From an uncultured Alphaproteobacteria bacterium (GTDB lineage: Bacteria > Pseudomonadota > Alphaproteobacteria > HIMB59), in NCBI GenBank assembly GCA_902610415.1, contig CACLVL010000001.1, positions 21,530-85,529 of the forward strand: a DNA stretch of 64,000 nt. Direction: 5' to 3'. A model generated the notes under the pieces. The model was not told the DNA's origin and made no database searches. It saw only the letters and a list, made by a program, of their open reading frames with translations. Positions 50,526 through 61,894 of the stretch are shown here, piece after piece (position 1 is the stretch's first letter; the number at the start of each line of letters is the position of its first letter). The position numbers and the translations under genes are program-made.

Positions 50526-51719
50526 CTATTTAAAGTTATATTTCTCACATATAAAATCTGCCATTGCAAATGATGATGTCCATGCTGGAGAAATGGCATT
50601 TAGAATATGTATAATATTATTTTGCTTAATAACTACAAAATCATTAAGTAGTTTTTTACTTTTTTTATCAAATATTTGAGATCTGATACCTACTTTACTA
50701 CTCAATTCAATATTAGAGGGATTATGTTTAAAATAAACATTAGATGATTTCCTAACATTAAACAAAAATAAATTTTTGAACTCACTTAATGCTAAATTTC
50801 TTAAGTTATTTTCATTAAAAAATATTTTTAAAATAAATTTATAACTTAAATTTAAAAACTCTAACAAATTAAATTTATAAAAGGGCTTATAAGCCTCTCT
50901 TCCAAATATTGGTGTATTACTAGGACCTAAATAAAAATTCCCAGCTTTGTCATATACGGTATGAATTCCCAAAAAAGGATAATCTAGATTAGGTACTGGA
51001 TATATTAATCTACTAGGAATTTCATTTTTATCACTAAAGTTAATTTTCCAATATTTTCCCTTGAAAGGGAGAGATGTGTGATCAGTTTTTAATTTTGCCT
51101 TTTTAGCTAAATGGTCAGCGTGCAAGCCTGCAGAATTAATAATAAAATCAAATTTATTAATATTACCTTTTGTGGTGATAGAAGTATTTTCTGATGATAT
51201 TTCATCAACTTTAAAGCCATATTTTATAATCACATTTCTTTTTTTTAAAATCTCAATTAATTTAATTGATACTTCTTTTGGATCTGCTATTGCAGTATCT
51301 TTTATGAAAAGAGCATCATTGTATAAAGGATTACAATTTGGTTCTATTCTTATAATTTCTTCTATACTATTTAATTTCTGAGCTTCGACCCCCACTTCTT
51401 TTGATCTTTCATATAATAATTTCAAGGTTTCAATATCATTTTTTGTTTTGGGGAGTAATAATTTTCCACAATTATTTATATAAAGATTATTATCAACAAT
51501 AAATTTTTTCATTAATTTTGCCCCTTTAATACAAAGATTTGATCTTAAAGTATTAGGTTGATAGTAAATTCCTGAATGAATGACACCACTATTTCTTCCA
51601 GTTCCATGAGATAGTGAGTCTTTTTCTTTTTCAAAAATAGTTACTTCTATATTTTTTTCAGTCAAAGTATGCGCAAGTGTTAGGCCTACTATTCCAGAGC
51701 CGATAATAGCAACTTTCAT
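50526..51719 (-). CDS. FAD-dependent oxidoreductase, L-2-hydroxyglutarate oxidase-like
   Basis: GSGIVG, TGRNSGVIHSGIYY, IYPVP..PFLGIH, NAISPAWTSS. Confidence 0.8.
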   Translation of the reverse strand: MKVAIIGSGIVGLTLAHTLTEKNIEVTIFEKEKDSLSHGTGRNSGVIHSGIYYQPNTLRSNLCIKGAKLMKKFIVDNNLYINNCGKLLLPKTKNDIETLKLLYERSKEVGVEAQKLNSIEEIIRIEPNCNPLYNDALFIKDTAIADPKEVSIKLIEILKKRNVIIKYGFKVDEISSENTSITTKGNINKFDFIINSAGLHADHLAKKAKLKTDHTSLPFKGKYWKINFSDKNEIPSRLIYPVPNLDYPFLGIHTVYDKAGNFYLGPSNTPIFGREAYKPFYKFNLLEFLNLSYKFILKIFFNENNLRNLALSEFKNLFLFNVRKSSNVYFKHNPSNIELSSKVGIRSQIFDKKSKKLLNDFVVIKQNNIIHILNAISPAWTSSFAMADFICEKYNFK

Positions 51720-52186
51720 TATTTTTTTAATTTATCTAAAAGGTAAAATTCTATTGGTGAAAATTGATTTTTGTTATTTGATATAAAGTCATCAACTAAC
51801 TTTAACTTGTGATCTTCCATTTCAATAACTTTGCGGATACTTAGATCCACGTAAAGAGAGCATACTTCTGAAGTAGCAGCTCTAAAATTTCCACTCTTAC
51901 TAACAATTTCTAGTTGATAAACAAATCTCTTCTTGTCACGATCTAAAAATAATAAATTTATATCAACCTCATCGCCCTCTTTAACTTCTTGAATATATTT
52001 AGTATGAGACTCTACAGCAAATGTTGATCTTTGTTCTGTTTTTGCTGACTCTCCTCCCATTTGAAATTTGTCCAGTAGTACATCCCAGCCTTGATCAAAT
52101 AGATGAATATAAAAGGCTAAATTCATATGGCCATTGTAATCTGTCCAATCTGGGATGATTTTTTCTGTTCTAAGGTATATTGACAT
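51719..52186 (-). CDS. Hotdog-fold thioesterase (4HBT-like)
   Basis: WTDYNGHMN motif. Confidence 0.85.
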   Translation of the reverse strand: MSIYLRTEKIIPDWTDYNGHMNLAFYIHLFDQGWDVLLDKFQMGGESAKTEQRSTFAVESHTKYIQEVKEGDEVDINLLFLDRDKKRFVYQLEIVSKSGNFRAATSEVCSLYVDLSIRKVIEMEDHKLKLVDDFISNNKNQFSPIEFYLLDKLKK

Positions 52187-52267
52187 TAGTTGATATTATA
52201 AAAATTATTAAATATTAACATTGAAAAATAAAGTAATAATATTTTTATAATATTAAAGGGGGCAAGA

Positions 52268-53209
52268 ATGAGAATAGGCTTTATTGGATTGGGTAATGTA
52301 GGAGGAAAACTTGCAAATAATCTTCTAGAAAATAATTTTCAAATTAAAGTTTTAGATAAAAATAATGAATTGATGGATAAGTTTAAATTAAAAGGTGCTG
52401 ACACAGCTAAATCAATACAAGATCTAGTAATCAGCGCAGATATTTTAATAACTTGCCTTCCTTCCCCTAAAATATGTGCAGAAGTTTTAGAGTCTAAAGG
52501 GGGTATTATAGACACAATACAAAAAAATCAAATTTGGATTGAAATGAGCACAACTGAAGATAGTCAGTTAAAAAGACATGCTTCATTAATTCAACAAAAA
52601 AATGCAACAGCCTTAGAGGCACCTGTAAGTGGAGGTTGTCATAGAGCTGCAACTGGAAATATTTCTATTTTCGTTGGAGGAAGTAGAGAAGGATTTGATA
52701 GAGCTATGCCTGTTTTAAGGTGTCTAGGAAGAAAAATTTTGTATACCGGTGAATTTGGAAGTGCTTCAGTATTGAAGGTTATTACTAATTATTTGGCTAC
52801 AGTTCACTTGGTAGCATTAGGTGAGGCTTGGACTATAGCTAGTAAATCAAATTTAGATTTAGCTAAAACATTTAAAGGCATTGCGGCTTCATCAGGTAAC
52901 TCATTTGTCCATGAAACTGAGAGTCAAGTTATATTAAACGGATCTTATAATATAAATTTTACTATGGACTTAGTAGAGAAAGATGTGGGGCTATTTCAAA
53001 GCCTTGCAACTAAACTTGGAGTAGAATTAGAAATTTCTCCTATTGTTTTTGACATTATCAAAGATGCAAGAAAAACTTTTGGTGATCGTGCTTGGTCCTC
53101 TATGGTAGTTAAAAGGCTTGAAAATAAGCACAATATTAAATTTAGAGCTGAGGGATATCCAGAAGAGCTTGTGGATTATGAAGAAAAAAGCCTTGGTTAT
53201 GAGATATGA
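52268..53209 (+). CDS. 3-hydroxyisobutyrate dehydrogenase family NAD(P)-dependent oxidoreductase
   Basis: GFIGLGNVG, EAPVSGG, K..TN. Confidence 0.87.
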   Translation: MRIGFIGLGNVGGKLANNLLENNFQIKVLDKNNELMDKFKLKGADTAKSIQDLVISADILITCLPSPKICAEVLESKGGIIDTIQKNQIWIEMSTTEDSQLKRHASLIQQKNATALEAPVSGGCHRAATGNISIFVGGSREGFDRAMPVLRCLGRKILYTGEFGSASVLKVITNYLATVHLVALGEAWTIASKSNLDLAKTFKGIAASSGNSFVHETESQVILNGSYNINFTMDLVEKDVGLFQSLATKLGVELEISPIVFDIIKDARKTFGDRAWSSMVVKRLENKHNIKFRAEGYPEELVDYEEKSLGYEI

Positions 53210-53238
53210 TAATTTGAGGTATTTGATACTATTTATCC

Positions 53239-54084
53239 ATGAATTTCATAACTGATGTAATTCTTCCCTTAGCTTTAGCTTTTATAATGTTCACTTTAGG
53301 ATTAGGTTTAACCTTTTCTGATTTTGAAAGAGTGGTGAAGACACCTAAGAATTTTATTATAGGACTAATTAGCCAATTAATTTTTCTCCCAATAGTCGCT
53401 TTAATAATTGTTTTTGTTTGGCCACTTCAACCTGAATTAGCAATAGGGTTAATACTGATTGCTGCAGCACCAGGAGGTGTAACTTCAAATATTCTTACAT
53501 CTTTTGCAAAAGGTGATGTTGCTTTGTCTATATCTTTGACTGCAATTATGAGTCTTTTAAGTGTTATATCTGTTCCTTTAGTTTTGGGTTTTTCAATGGG
53601 ATTAATATCTGATAATTCTTTAGGTTCAGTCTCCTTAACTGGAATTGCTATTAGTATGTTTTTGATAGTGACATTGCCTGTTTTAATTGGAATGACTTTT
53701 CGAGCAAGCTTATCCTATTTAACAAAAAGAATAGAGAAATTCGCTAAAATTCTTTCAACGGCTTTGTTTGTTTTAGTTTTAATTGGGGCTATTTTGGCTG
53801 AAAGAGAAAATTTAGTAGTGTATTTTGCTCAAACTGGACTAGTAGTTCTTGTTCTAAACTTATTAATGATGATCATTGCTTTTTATTGGGCAAAGATATT
53901 TGGTACTGGCGCCTCCCAACAAAAAGCTATTTCTTTAGAGTGTGGTCTTCAAAATGGAACTCTAGCTATTTTTGTTGGCACAAGTGTTTTTGGAGGCGGT
54001 CTTTACATTATTCCAGCGGCTACTTATAGCGTTATTATGTATTTAACGTCTTTAATATTTATATACTTTATCAGAAATCGCTAA
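53239..54084 (+). CDS. Bile acid:sodium symporter family transporter
   Basis: MFTLGL, PGGVTSN, GDVALS, ECGLQNG. Confidence 0.9.
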   Translation: MNFITDVILPLALAFIMFTLGLGLTFSDFERVVKTPKNFIIGLISQLIFLPIVALIIVFVWPLQPELAIGLILIAAAPGGVTSNILTSFAKGDVALSISLTAIMSLLSVISVPLVLGFSMGLISDNSLGSVSLTGIAISMFLIVTLPVLIGMTFRASLSYLTKRIEKFAKILSTALFVLVLIGAILAERENLVVYFAQTGLVVLVLNLLMMIIAFYWAKIFGTGASQQKAISLECGLQNGTLAIFVGTSVFGGGLYIIPAATYSVIMYLTSLIFIYFIRNR

Positions 54085-54488
54085 ATATAAATTTTATCTG
54101 CCAGTCCAAAGCAAAGAATAGCCCATCCAATTGCAAGTCCACCAGTAGATAGATATCCCTCTCTTGAATATTGATCTGTTCTGCCTAATTTATCGACTTC
54201 GCCCGTATAATAAGCTGCTATAGCTATTATAGTCATGATAATAAACATAAAATTAAAAAATGCCCATGTCGCAGCAGTTCCTCTAAACAAAATATACAAT
54301 TGCATTAACACAGCTCCTAAAATTACTGCCCCAGCAAATCTTGCAAAAAAGGCAGCTGTCACATCAACACCATATTTGCTTATGAAGTTTTTAGTGTTAA
54401 ACAAACAATTGTAAGCATAAAAAGCGTTCATGGCCAAAATAATTAAAAATATTGCTAAGTAAAATATACCATTAAAATTTTCTAACAT
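54081..54488 (-). CDS. Hypothetical membrane protein
   Basis: Four TM segments; RBS AGGAG. Confidence 0.7.
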   Translation of the reverse strand: MLENFNGIFYLAIFLIILAMNAFYAYNCLFNTKNFISKYGVDVTAAFFARFAGAVILGAVLMQLYILFRGTAATWAFFNFMFIIMTIIAIAAYYTGEVDKLGRTDQYSREGYLSTGGLAIGWAILCFGLADKIYI

Positions 54489-54612
54489 ATGAATCTCCTG
54501 ATTTGATTTTAACAGATTTTTAATTTCATTGTTACTTTGTTTTCTTAATAAAAATGAAATTTAATTGCTATTATTTTTTAATTTTTTATGACATGAATAT
54601 TTAAATAAATCT

Positions 54613-55248
54613 ATGATCGAGCTTGATATATTTTCAGACACAGTTTGTCCTTGGTGTTACATTGGTAAGAAACGATTAGAAAAAGCTATCAATGATAATA
54701 AAAATTTAGAGTTCAAGCAAACATGGAGACCTTTTCAGTTAAATCCTGGGACGCCACCAGATGGTATGGATAGACAGGAGTATTTAATTTCAAAATTTGG
54801 TAGTGCCGATGCAGCAAAAACAATCTATGACAATATCTATGATGAAGGGCTTGTGGAGGGGATTAATTTTAACTTTGATTCTATTCTAACAACTCCAAAT
54901 TCATTTAATTCCCATAGGTTATTAGCTTTAGCATATAAACAAGGTATTCAAGAAAATGTCTTAGATAGTTTATTTGAGTCTTATTTTTTAAATGGTGAAG
55001 ATATAGGTGATCCTAATATATTGCTGGATATTGCGATTAAACATCAAATTAATGCTGAGGATTTTAAGACTTATTTATCAGATCAAGAAAATATTGAGCC
55101 TTTAGCTAATGAAGAAATAGAAGCAAGAAAAATGGGTATTAATAGTGTACCAACCTTTATAGTGAACAAACAAATAGTTATCAATGGTGCTCAAACATCT
55201 GAAAATTTTGATATAATTTTTAAAAAACTCACAAATAACATAAATTAA
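54613..55248 (+). CDS. DsbA/FrnE family oxidoreductase
   Basis: SDTVCPWCYIGK, PFQLNP, GINSVPTF. Confidence 0.9.
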   Translation: MIELDIFSDTVCPWCYIGKKRLEKAINDNKNLEFKQTWRPFQLNPGTPPDGMDRQEYLISKFGSADAAKTIYDNIYDEGLVEGINFNFDSILTTPNSFNSHRLLALAYKQGIQENVLDSLFESYFLNGEDIGDPNILLDIAIKHQINAEDFKTYLSDQENIEPLANEEIEARKMGINSVPTFIVNKQIVINGAQTSENFDIIFKKLTNNIN

Positions 55249-55289
55249 AAATAATTAGTAGTAGTGCTTTTTTTCTATATATTTTTTAA

Positions 55290-56072
55290 ATGTCCTTAAA
55301 GCTCAGTGATATATCTTCATATTTAAGTTTTGCAAAAAAACTTTCAAATACCTCAGAGGAGATTTTGAAAAAGACACCTTCTAATCGTATTAAAATAAAT
55401 TTTAAATCAGATAAATCACCAGTTACCAAAATAGATATGGCAATTGAGAGAAAATTACGCTCAATGATTAATAAAAGATTTCCTAATCATGGAATATTTG
55501 GAGAGGAATATAAAAATAAAACAAATAACTCTCCATTCTTATGGGTAATTGACCCAATAGATGGCACTAAAAATTTCATTAATGGTAATAATAATTTTGG
55601 GACATTAATTTCTTTATGTATAGATTACACACCTGTTATTGGAATAATTAACTGTCCTGAAATTAAAAAAACCTGGATTGGAATAAGAGATAACGGTGCC
55701 TATTGTAATGGAAAAAAAATAAATAAATCTTCAAACAATTTACCATTATCGCAACTTTATTTTAGCACCTCTGGTATGACCGCTTTCAAATCAAATAGCA
55801 AAAATAAAAAATATAATACTTTGATAAAAAAAACTAAATATGCATCTTTTGGTGGTGACTGTGTACAATATGGACTCTTAGCTGAAAAAAGAATACCGTT
55901 AGTAGTAGAGTCTTTTTTAAAACCTTATGACTATATTCCTTTAATTAATATTGTTGAAGAAAGTGGAGGAATAATAAGTGATTGGAAAGGTAATCCTTTA
56001 AATTTCAAATCAAATGGTGACGTGGTGGCTTCTATATCAAAAAAAGCTCATCAACAATTTATAAAGATTTAA
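55290..56072 (+). CDS. Inositol monophosphatase family (HisN-like histidinol phosphatase)
   Basis: SPVT..D, GEE, WVIDPIDGT, GGDC, LKPYD. Confidence 0.8.
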   Translation: MSLKLSDISSYLSFAKKLSNTSEEILKKTPSNRIKINFKSDKSPVTKIDMAIERKLRSMINKRFPNHGIFGEEYKNKTNNSPFLWVIDPIDGTKNFINGNNNFGTLISLCIDYTPVIGIINCPEIKKTWIGIRDNGAYCNGKKINKSSNNLPLSQLYFSTSGMTAFKSNSKNKKYNTLIKKTKYASFGGDCVQYGLLAEKRIPLVVESFLKPYDYIPLINIVEESGGIISDWKGNPLNFKSNGDVVASISKKAHQQFIKI

Positions 56073-57214
56073 TATTTTCCTGTAATACAATTTGAAATGA
56101 GTTCTTTAAATTTTTCCTCACTCATCTCAAGTGGGTTAGCTCCTGTGCTTGGATCTTCTTGAGCTAATGGTGCTAATTTAACCTCATCCCCGTTGTTTAC
56201 ACCCATATCTTTAAGGGTTTCAGGTATCTGCATTTCTTTTTTTAATTCAATAATCCAATCAACAATACCTTCAAAACCATTTTTAATATCTAGAAAGTTT
56301 GCCAATCTTATAAATTTTTCTTCAATTGTGCTGCGGTTGTAGTTCAATACAAAAGGCATAACTGTTCCATTTGTGGTTCCATGATGGGTATTATATAAAG
56401 AGTTAACTGGATGAGTAATCGAGTGAATAGCTCCTAAGCCTTTTTGAAACGCAGCTGCACCCATCATCGATGCAACTAACATATGAGCTCTTGCTTCAAT
56501 GTTGTTTCCGTTATGATAAACCTCTTGAATGTTTTCTTTGACCAACCTTAGACCCTCTAAAGCTGTTCCTTCTGCCATAGGGTGATAAAAAGGAGAGGAG
56601 TATGCTTCAATACAATGAGCTAAAGCATCCATCCCTGTGCCTGCAGTAATATTTTTTGGTAAATTGACAGTTAGAACTGGGTCTAAAATAGCTATTTCAG
56701 GAAGCATTTTAGGATGAAATATAATTTTCTTCTTTGAGTTTTCCTCATTAAGAAATACTGAGGCTCTTCCTACTTCTGAACCTGTACCTGCTGTTGTTGG
56801 CACTGCTATAATAGGTTTAATTACTTTTGAGTCAGCTCTTGTCCACCAATCACCTATATCTTCAAAATCCCATAGAGGGCGTGTCTGGTGAGCCATAAAA
56901 GCAATCCCTTTTCCGGTGTCCATACCAGAACCTCCACCAATAGCTATGACGCCATCATGATTACCCTCATTAAAAATTTTAACACCATCAATCACATTGG
57001 AACCAGTAGGGTTACCTTGTACTTTAGAATAGATGTTTGTTTTTTGTTTTAAATCTGAGTTAATTTGTTCAATTATTGAAGTTTTAAGTAGGCCTGGATC
57101 AGTGACGATAAGAGGGTTGTTTATTTTGAGATGTTCACATGCATTTTGAATTTCCTTAGATCGATTTTCTCCAAACCAAACTGTTGTAGGGTAGTTCCAA
57201 TTCATACTATTCAT
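56069..57214 (-). CDS. Iron-containing alcohol dehydrogenase
   Basis: GGGSGMD, PTTAGTGSE, DALAH.IE, HHG. Confidence 0.92.
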   Translation of the reverse strand: MNSMNWNYPTTVWFGENRSKEIQNACEHLKINNPLIVTDPGLLKTSIIEQINSDLKQKTNIYSKVQGNPTGSNVIDGVKIFNEGNHDGVIAIGGGSGMDTGKGIAFMAHQTRPLWDFEDIGDWWTRADSKVIKPIIAVPTTAGTGSEVGRASVFLNEENSKKKIIFHPKMLPEIAILDPVLTVNLPKNITAGTGMDALAHCIEAYSSPFYHPMAEGTALEGLRLVKENIQEVYHNGNNIEARAHMLVASMMGAAAFQKGLGAIHSITHPVNSLYNTHHGTTNGTVMPFVLNYNRSTIEEKFIRLANFLDIKNGFEGIVDWIIELKKEMQIPETLKDMGVNNGDEVKLAPLAQEDPSTGANPLEMSEEKFKELISNCITGKY

Positions 57215-57225
57215 TTTTGTAGTTT

Positions 57226-58617
57226 TTAAATAACCTTTCTAATATGGAAACTTTGAGGTCTTGTGAATTGATCAAAAGCGAGTGTAGACAATGAGCAGCC
57301 AATACCTGTATCTTTTACACCCGTCCATGCGAGTGCAGGATCTAAATAATCACACCTATTCATAAAAAAAGTTCCTGTTTCAATTGATTTACCAAAATCT
57401 TTGGCAAATTCAGTATCTTTTGTCCAGACAGATGCTGTTAAACCGTATGGGCTATCATTCATCAAATTTTTTGCTTCCTCTTCATCATTAACGGGCATTA
57501 TTCCAACAGCAGGGCCAAAGGTCTCCTCCATCATGAATCTCATATGATGATTTACATCAACCATAACTTGGGGGCAAACATAACAATTATCCTCTTTAGA
57601 TATTATAAATTTACTCTCATCTACAAGACGTTTTGCTCCTTGGCTCTCTGCTTCTTTCATTTGTGCTCTGATAAAATCAGCTGCTGATTGCCTTACCACC
57701 GGGCCTAAGTTTGTGTCTGATTTTGAAGGATCATTCAAATTATAATTTTCAGTAATACTTTTAAATCCATCTATAAATTCTTTATAAATTTTTTTATCAA
57801 CATATATTCTTTCAATTCCACAACAAGACTGACCGGAATTAAATAGAGCCCCATCTGCAAGATTTTCAATAGCATGATTTATATCTGCATCTGCCCTGAC
57901 ATAGGCAGGATCTTTTCCTCCTAATTCAAGACCTGCGTTAATAAATCGTGTACCTATGTATTTTTTTACCTCCTGCCCTCCTCTAACAGAGCCTGTAAAA
58001 ACAACATGAGCAACTCTAGTGTCTGAAATTATTTTTTCACATGCTTTATGATCTGTATGAATAAATTGAAAAACACCTTCAGGAATTCCAGTATTTTCAA
58101 AAGCATTAAAAATTAATTCTGCACATCTAGGTGTTTGGGATGAGTGTTTCAAAATTAGACTATTGCCTGAAATTAGTGCAGGAATAATTGTATTTGTTGC
58201 GGTGATGATTGGGTAGTTCCACGGAGCCATAACAAATATTATTCCAAGAGGAGATTTGTAGATGTAATTGTCAAATTCATCATTTTGAGTTGCAGGAAGA
58301 TTTTGCAAAGACTCTTTTGCAATGTTTACCATATGTCTTGAACGCTCCTCAAAACCTCTAAGTTCACCTGCACATTGAGATATAGGTCTGCCTATCTGCC
58401 AACAAATTTCTTTGGATATTTCATCTTTAAGATCAATTAAGTTATCAATGAATTTATTTACAATGCTAATTCGATCGTCAATTGAAGTTTTTTTCCAAAT
58501 TTTAAAACCGGTTGATCCTTTTTCTATAACTGAATTTATTTGAATATCAGAGGCTAATTCTCTCTCTAGATAAACAGTATTATTTATGGGTGTAATAGTT
58601 TTTTGAATACTCATCAA
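57226..58617 (-). CDS. Aldehyde dehydrogenase
   Basis: PWNYP, FTGS, LELGGKDP, NSGQSCC, EETFGP. Confidence 0.92.
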   Translation of the reverse strand: MMSIQKTITPINNTVYLERELASDIQINSVIEKGSTGFKIWKKTSIDDRISIVNKFIDNLIDLKDEISKEICWQIGRPISQCAGELRGFEERSRHMVNIAKESLQNLPATQNDEFDNYIYKSPLGIIFVMAPWNYPIITATNTIIPALISGNSLILKHSSQTPRCAELIFNAFENTGIPEGVFQFIHTDHKACEKIISDTRVAHVVFTGSVRGGQEVKKYIGTRFINAGLELGGKDPAYVRADADINHAIENLADGALFNSGQSCCGIERIYVDKKIYKEFIDGFKSITENYNLNDPSKSDTNLGPVVRQSAADFIRAQMKEAESQGAKRLVDESKFIISKEDNCYVCPQVMVDVNHHMRFMMEETFGPAVGIMPVNDEEEAKNLMNDSPYGLTASVWTKDTEFAKDFGKSIETGTFFMNRCDYLDPALAWTGVKDTGIGCSLSTLAFDQFTRPQSFHIRKVI

Positions 58618-58676
58618 TCCTCCAATTGATATGTATTATAATGTATTTAAATAGTTCCTGAAGTGGTTTTATTTTC

Positions 58677-58700
58677 TCACGGCCAATTGAGTGACCGTGA
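58677..58700 (-). terminator. Stem-loop downstream of 58718-59164
   Basis: On the - strand TCACGGTCA-CTCAAT-TGGCCGTGA (9 bp, one G-U pair); no clear U tract. Confidence 0.4.
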
Positions 58701-58717
58701 AAGATTATTTTAATTTC

Positions 58718-59164
58718 CTAACGATTCATCTTAGCTATGACTTCTCCTGGAAAAGCAATAGCGATAGCATACTGATATATTAGCGATCTAAACTCTTGAA
58801 CATCCTCCCAAGTCTCAGAATTTTGTCCATGAAGTTGTAAGCCAGTCGGAGTTTGATAATGCTCGCTTAAAAAATAAATGACATTATCAGTAACACCTTT
58901 TGAGGGGTCAGTTATATCTACTGGCTCAAAACCTTTAACAATAGAATAAGAGTTTAACCTATCATCACCGGATAATGAGTGTTTATCATGCATAAACTGA
59001 TGATGGCTTTGTAAGATTGCTTCCACTTTCTCTACATCTGCAGAGGGGACTTTTAAAGTTAATGCAAAAGAGTCTGGCTGCATATGGCCATTTGCAAAAG
59101 CAAATGATGAAAAAATCGTAAAAATTAATGTAATAAAAATTTTATTCATTGTGTACCTTTCCAT
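58718..59164 (-). CDS. Secreted hypothetical protein
   Basis: Signal peptide ending in AFA; start may be the second ATG. Confidence 0.7.
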   Translation of the reverse strand: MERYTMNKIFITLIFTIFSSFAFANGHMQPDSFALTLKVPSADVEKVEAILQSHHQFMHDKHSLSGDDRLNSYSIVKGFEPVDITDPSKGVTDNVIYFLSEHYQTPTGLQLHGQNSETWEDVQEFRSLIYQYAIAIAFPGEVIAKMNR

Positions 59165-59232
59165 AAATAAAAATAAACTTAAAATTTATTTTTATATTTA
59201 TTGAAGATTTATTAAATTATTTAATTAGCAAG

Positions 59233-59859
59233 TTAAGATGTCTTTTTAGCATACCTAGACATAAAATTTTCAGCTAAGCCTTTAAGTAAACTTAATTGTT
59301 TGAGTCTTGAAACACCATCTACTATTCCATCAACAGATTTACTAATAAAATTTTTAGTTGCTATATCTTTTTCTGATTTGTCATTAAGCCAATAAATTAA
59401 TGTAGCTAAATAAATTGTCGATAGTAACCCACGTTTTGAATAGTAACTAAAGTCATTTGATTTATCGCCTGAGAGGTTCCAGATAAAGTCACTATTATCA
59501 TGGAGCATTTTAATTGACATAAAAATATTACCAGGTCTAAGTAAAAATTTAAGCATTTCGGGTAATGCTTTTTTTAAATGATTATTATTTTCAAATTTTA
59601 ACTCCATAATAGTTTTAATTTTGTCTCTGGTTTTTAAACGAGTGTTATTAAAAGAATTGTAATTTTTCTCAACTTTGTTGTTATTTTGAGCAATTATGAA
59701 CTTCAAAACATCATACTCAAAGGAAGGAAACAGTTTAGCAAGGACAGATGTTGAAATTCTCTGTTTTTTAGCGCACTGCAATAAAGTGTCTCTTGACCAA
59801 CCAAATTTTGGAACATCCTGAACAAATAAATTAGCTAATTTTTCTTGCTTTGACTTCAT
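59233..59859 (-). CDS. COQ9-like (rpsU-divergently transcribed) protein
   Basis: [24 protein letters not shown]; divergent from rpsU. Confidence 0.88.
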   Translation of the reverse strand: MKSKQEKLANLFVQDVPKFGWSRDTLLQCAKKQRISTSVLAKLFPSFEYDVLKFIIAQNNNKVEKNYNSFNNTRLKTRDKIKTIMELKFENNNHLKKALPEMLKFLLRPGNIFMSIKMLHDNSDFIWNLSGDKSNDFSYYSKRGLLSTIYLATLIYWLNDKSEKDIATKNFISKSVDGIVDGVSRLKQLSLLKGLAENFMSRYAKKTS

Positions 59860-59896
59860 TATTATATATAAATTACGCTCTTATGAGGTTACTAGA

Positions 59897-60097
59897 TTGG
59901 CAATAGAAGTTCAAGTTAGAGATAACAATGTTGAGGCAGCTATACGTGTGCTCAAGAAAAAGCTTCTAAGAGAAGGTATTTTCAAAGAGCTAAAGCTTAG
60001 AAAAAATTACGAAAAGCCATCCGAGAGAAAACTTCGTGAAAAAGCCGAATCAATTAAGAGATTTAAAAAGCTTATGCGTAAGAAGAAGTTCGACTAA
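59897..60097 (+). CDS. rpsU: 30S ribosomal protein S21
   Basis: [24 protein letters not shown]. Confidence 0.96.
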   Translation: MAIEVQVRDNNVEAAIRVLKKKLLREGIFKELKLRKNYEKPSERKLREKAESIKRFKKLMRKKKFD

Positions 60098-61485
60098 TTC
60101 TCTAAACCTTTAATTATATCTTCACAGACTTTTTTAGCGTCACCGAATAACATTAAAGTGTTGTCTCTAAAGAATAACTCGTTTTGAACTCCAGCATAAC
60201 CACTTGCCATTCCCCTTTTTACAAAGAATACTTGTCCTGCATTTTCTACATCTAAGATAGGCATACCGTAGATAGCACTTGTCTTATCTGTTTTAGCTGC
60301 GGGGTTTGTCACATCGTTAGCACCAATCACAAATGCAACATCAGTCTCGGAAAAATCTCTATTAATTTCATCGAGTTCTAAAACTTCATCATAGGGGACA
60401 TTTGCTTCAGCAAGTAACACGTTCATATGGCCAGGCATTCTTCCTGCTACTGGATGTATTGCATATCTGACCTCTGCCCCTGCTGCTTTAAGTAAGTCGC
60501 CCATTTCCCTTAATGCATGTTGTGCTTGAGCCACTGCCATTCCGTATCCAGGGACTATAATTATTGTTTTACTATTTTTCATCATGAAGGCAGCATCAGC
60601 AGCATTACCTTGTTTCGCCTGACGATCATCTTTGACCCCGTCTGCACTAGCTGCTTGCTCCCCACCAAAACCTCCTAGTAAAACATTTAGGAAAGATCTA
60701 TTCATTCCTTTACACATGATATAACTCAAGATTGCACCAGAGGAGCCAACAAGAGCACCAGTAATAATTAATAAATTATTTGAAAGTGTGAAACCAATAC
60801 CTGCTGCAGCCCAACCTGAGTATGAGTTTAACATTGAAACTATAACAGGCATGTCTGCGCCACCGATAGGTACAATCAAAAGAACTCCTATGACGAAAGA
60901 GGCAGCTACTATTAGCCAAAATAACTCTTGATTTTGATCAATACAAAATTTTACAATTAACGCAATAATTCCCAAACCTAAGAGTAAATTTAAAAAATGT
61001 TGACCTTTAAATACTAAAGGGTTACCTGATACAAAACCTTGGAGCTTTCCAAAAGCAATTATAGATCCTGTAAATGTTACAGCTCCAATAGCTGTTCCAA
61101 TAGACATTTCTATGAGACTTCCCATAGGAATCGCACCAACGTTTCCAATATTAAAGGCGCTAGGATTGTAGTATGCTGATGCAGCAACAAAAACAGCAGC
61201 TAAACCAACTAAACTATGAAATGCAGCCACTAGTTGTGGTAATGCAGTCATTTGAATTCTTACTGCAATAGAAGTTCCAATTAAACCTCCAATTAAAAAT
61301 GCAATTCCAATCTCTTTATAGCTTAATACTCCTGGGTTAGCTAAGGTTGTGACAATTGCTATTGTCATTCCTAAAATACCTAAAAAATTTCCTCTTCTAG
61401 CCGTTGAGGGGTGAGACAGACCTCTAAGCGATAGTATGAACAATACAGAGGAAATCAAATACGCAGCAGTTGTTAAATTTGACAT
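60094..61485 (-). CDS. pntB: NAD(P) transhydrogenase subunit beta
   Basis: [37 protein letters not shown]. Confidence 0.97.
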   Translation of the reverse strand: MSNLTTAAYLISSVLFILSLRGLSHPSTARRGNFLGILGMTIAIVTTLANPGVLSYKEIGIAFLIGGLIGTSIAVRIQMTALPQLVAAFHSLVGLAAVFVAASAYYNPSAFNIGNVGAIPMGSLIEMSIGTAIGAVTFTGSIIAFGKLQGFVSGNPLVFKGQHFLNLLLGLGIIALIVKFCIDQNQELFWLIVAASFVIGVLLIVPIGGADMPVIVSMLNSYSGWAAAGIGFTLSNNLLIITGALVGSSGAILSYIMCKGMNRSFLNVLLGGFGGEQAASADGVKDDRQAKQGNAADAAFMMKNSKTIIIVPGYGMAVAQAQHALREMGDLLKAAGAEVRYAIHPVAGRMPGHMNVLLAEANVPYDEVLELDEINRDFSETDVAFVIGANDVTNPAAKTDKTSAIYGMPILDVENAGQVFFVKRGMASGYAGVQNELFFRDNTLMLFGDAKKVCEDIIKGLEN

Positions 61486-61497
61486 CTATTTCCCCTA

Positions 61498-61884
61498 TTA
61501 TTTCTTCTTAAACATTGAGAGCATACGATTTGTTACAACGAACCCCCCAAAAATATTAACTGCAGCAAGACCCACTGCAACTAATCCAAAATATTTTGAT
61601 ATCGTGCTATCAATAGGACCTGCAGCGAGTAAAGCACCAACTATAATTACCGATGAAATAGCGTTAGTAACACCCATTAAAGGACTATGAAGAGCTGGGG
61701 TAACAGACCAGACAACGTAATATCCAACGAAACAAGCTAATACCAAAACAGTAATACCAAAAATGATGAAGTCGCTATGACCACCTGATGTATCTACGAC
61801 ACTCGATGCTAACTGACTTGCTTCATTTGCAATCTGTTGTGCTTTATAAGATAAATTTTCTAATTGATTTGAAATTTCTGACAT
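61498..61884 (-). CDS. pntAB: NAD(P) transhydrogenase alpha subunit, membrane part
   Basis: [31 protein letters not shown]. Confidence 0.95.
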   Translation of the reverse strand: MSEISNQLENLSYKAQQIANEASQLASSVVDTSGGHSDFIIFGITVLVLACFVGYYVVWSVTPALHSPLMGVTNAISSVIIVGALLAAGPIDSTISKYFGLVAVGLAAVNIFGGFVVTNRMLSMFKKK

Positions 61885-61894
61885 ATTACCTCCT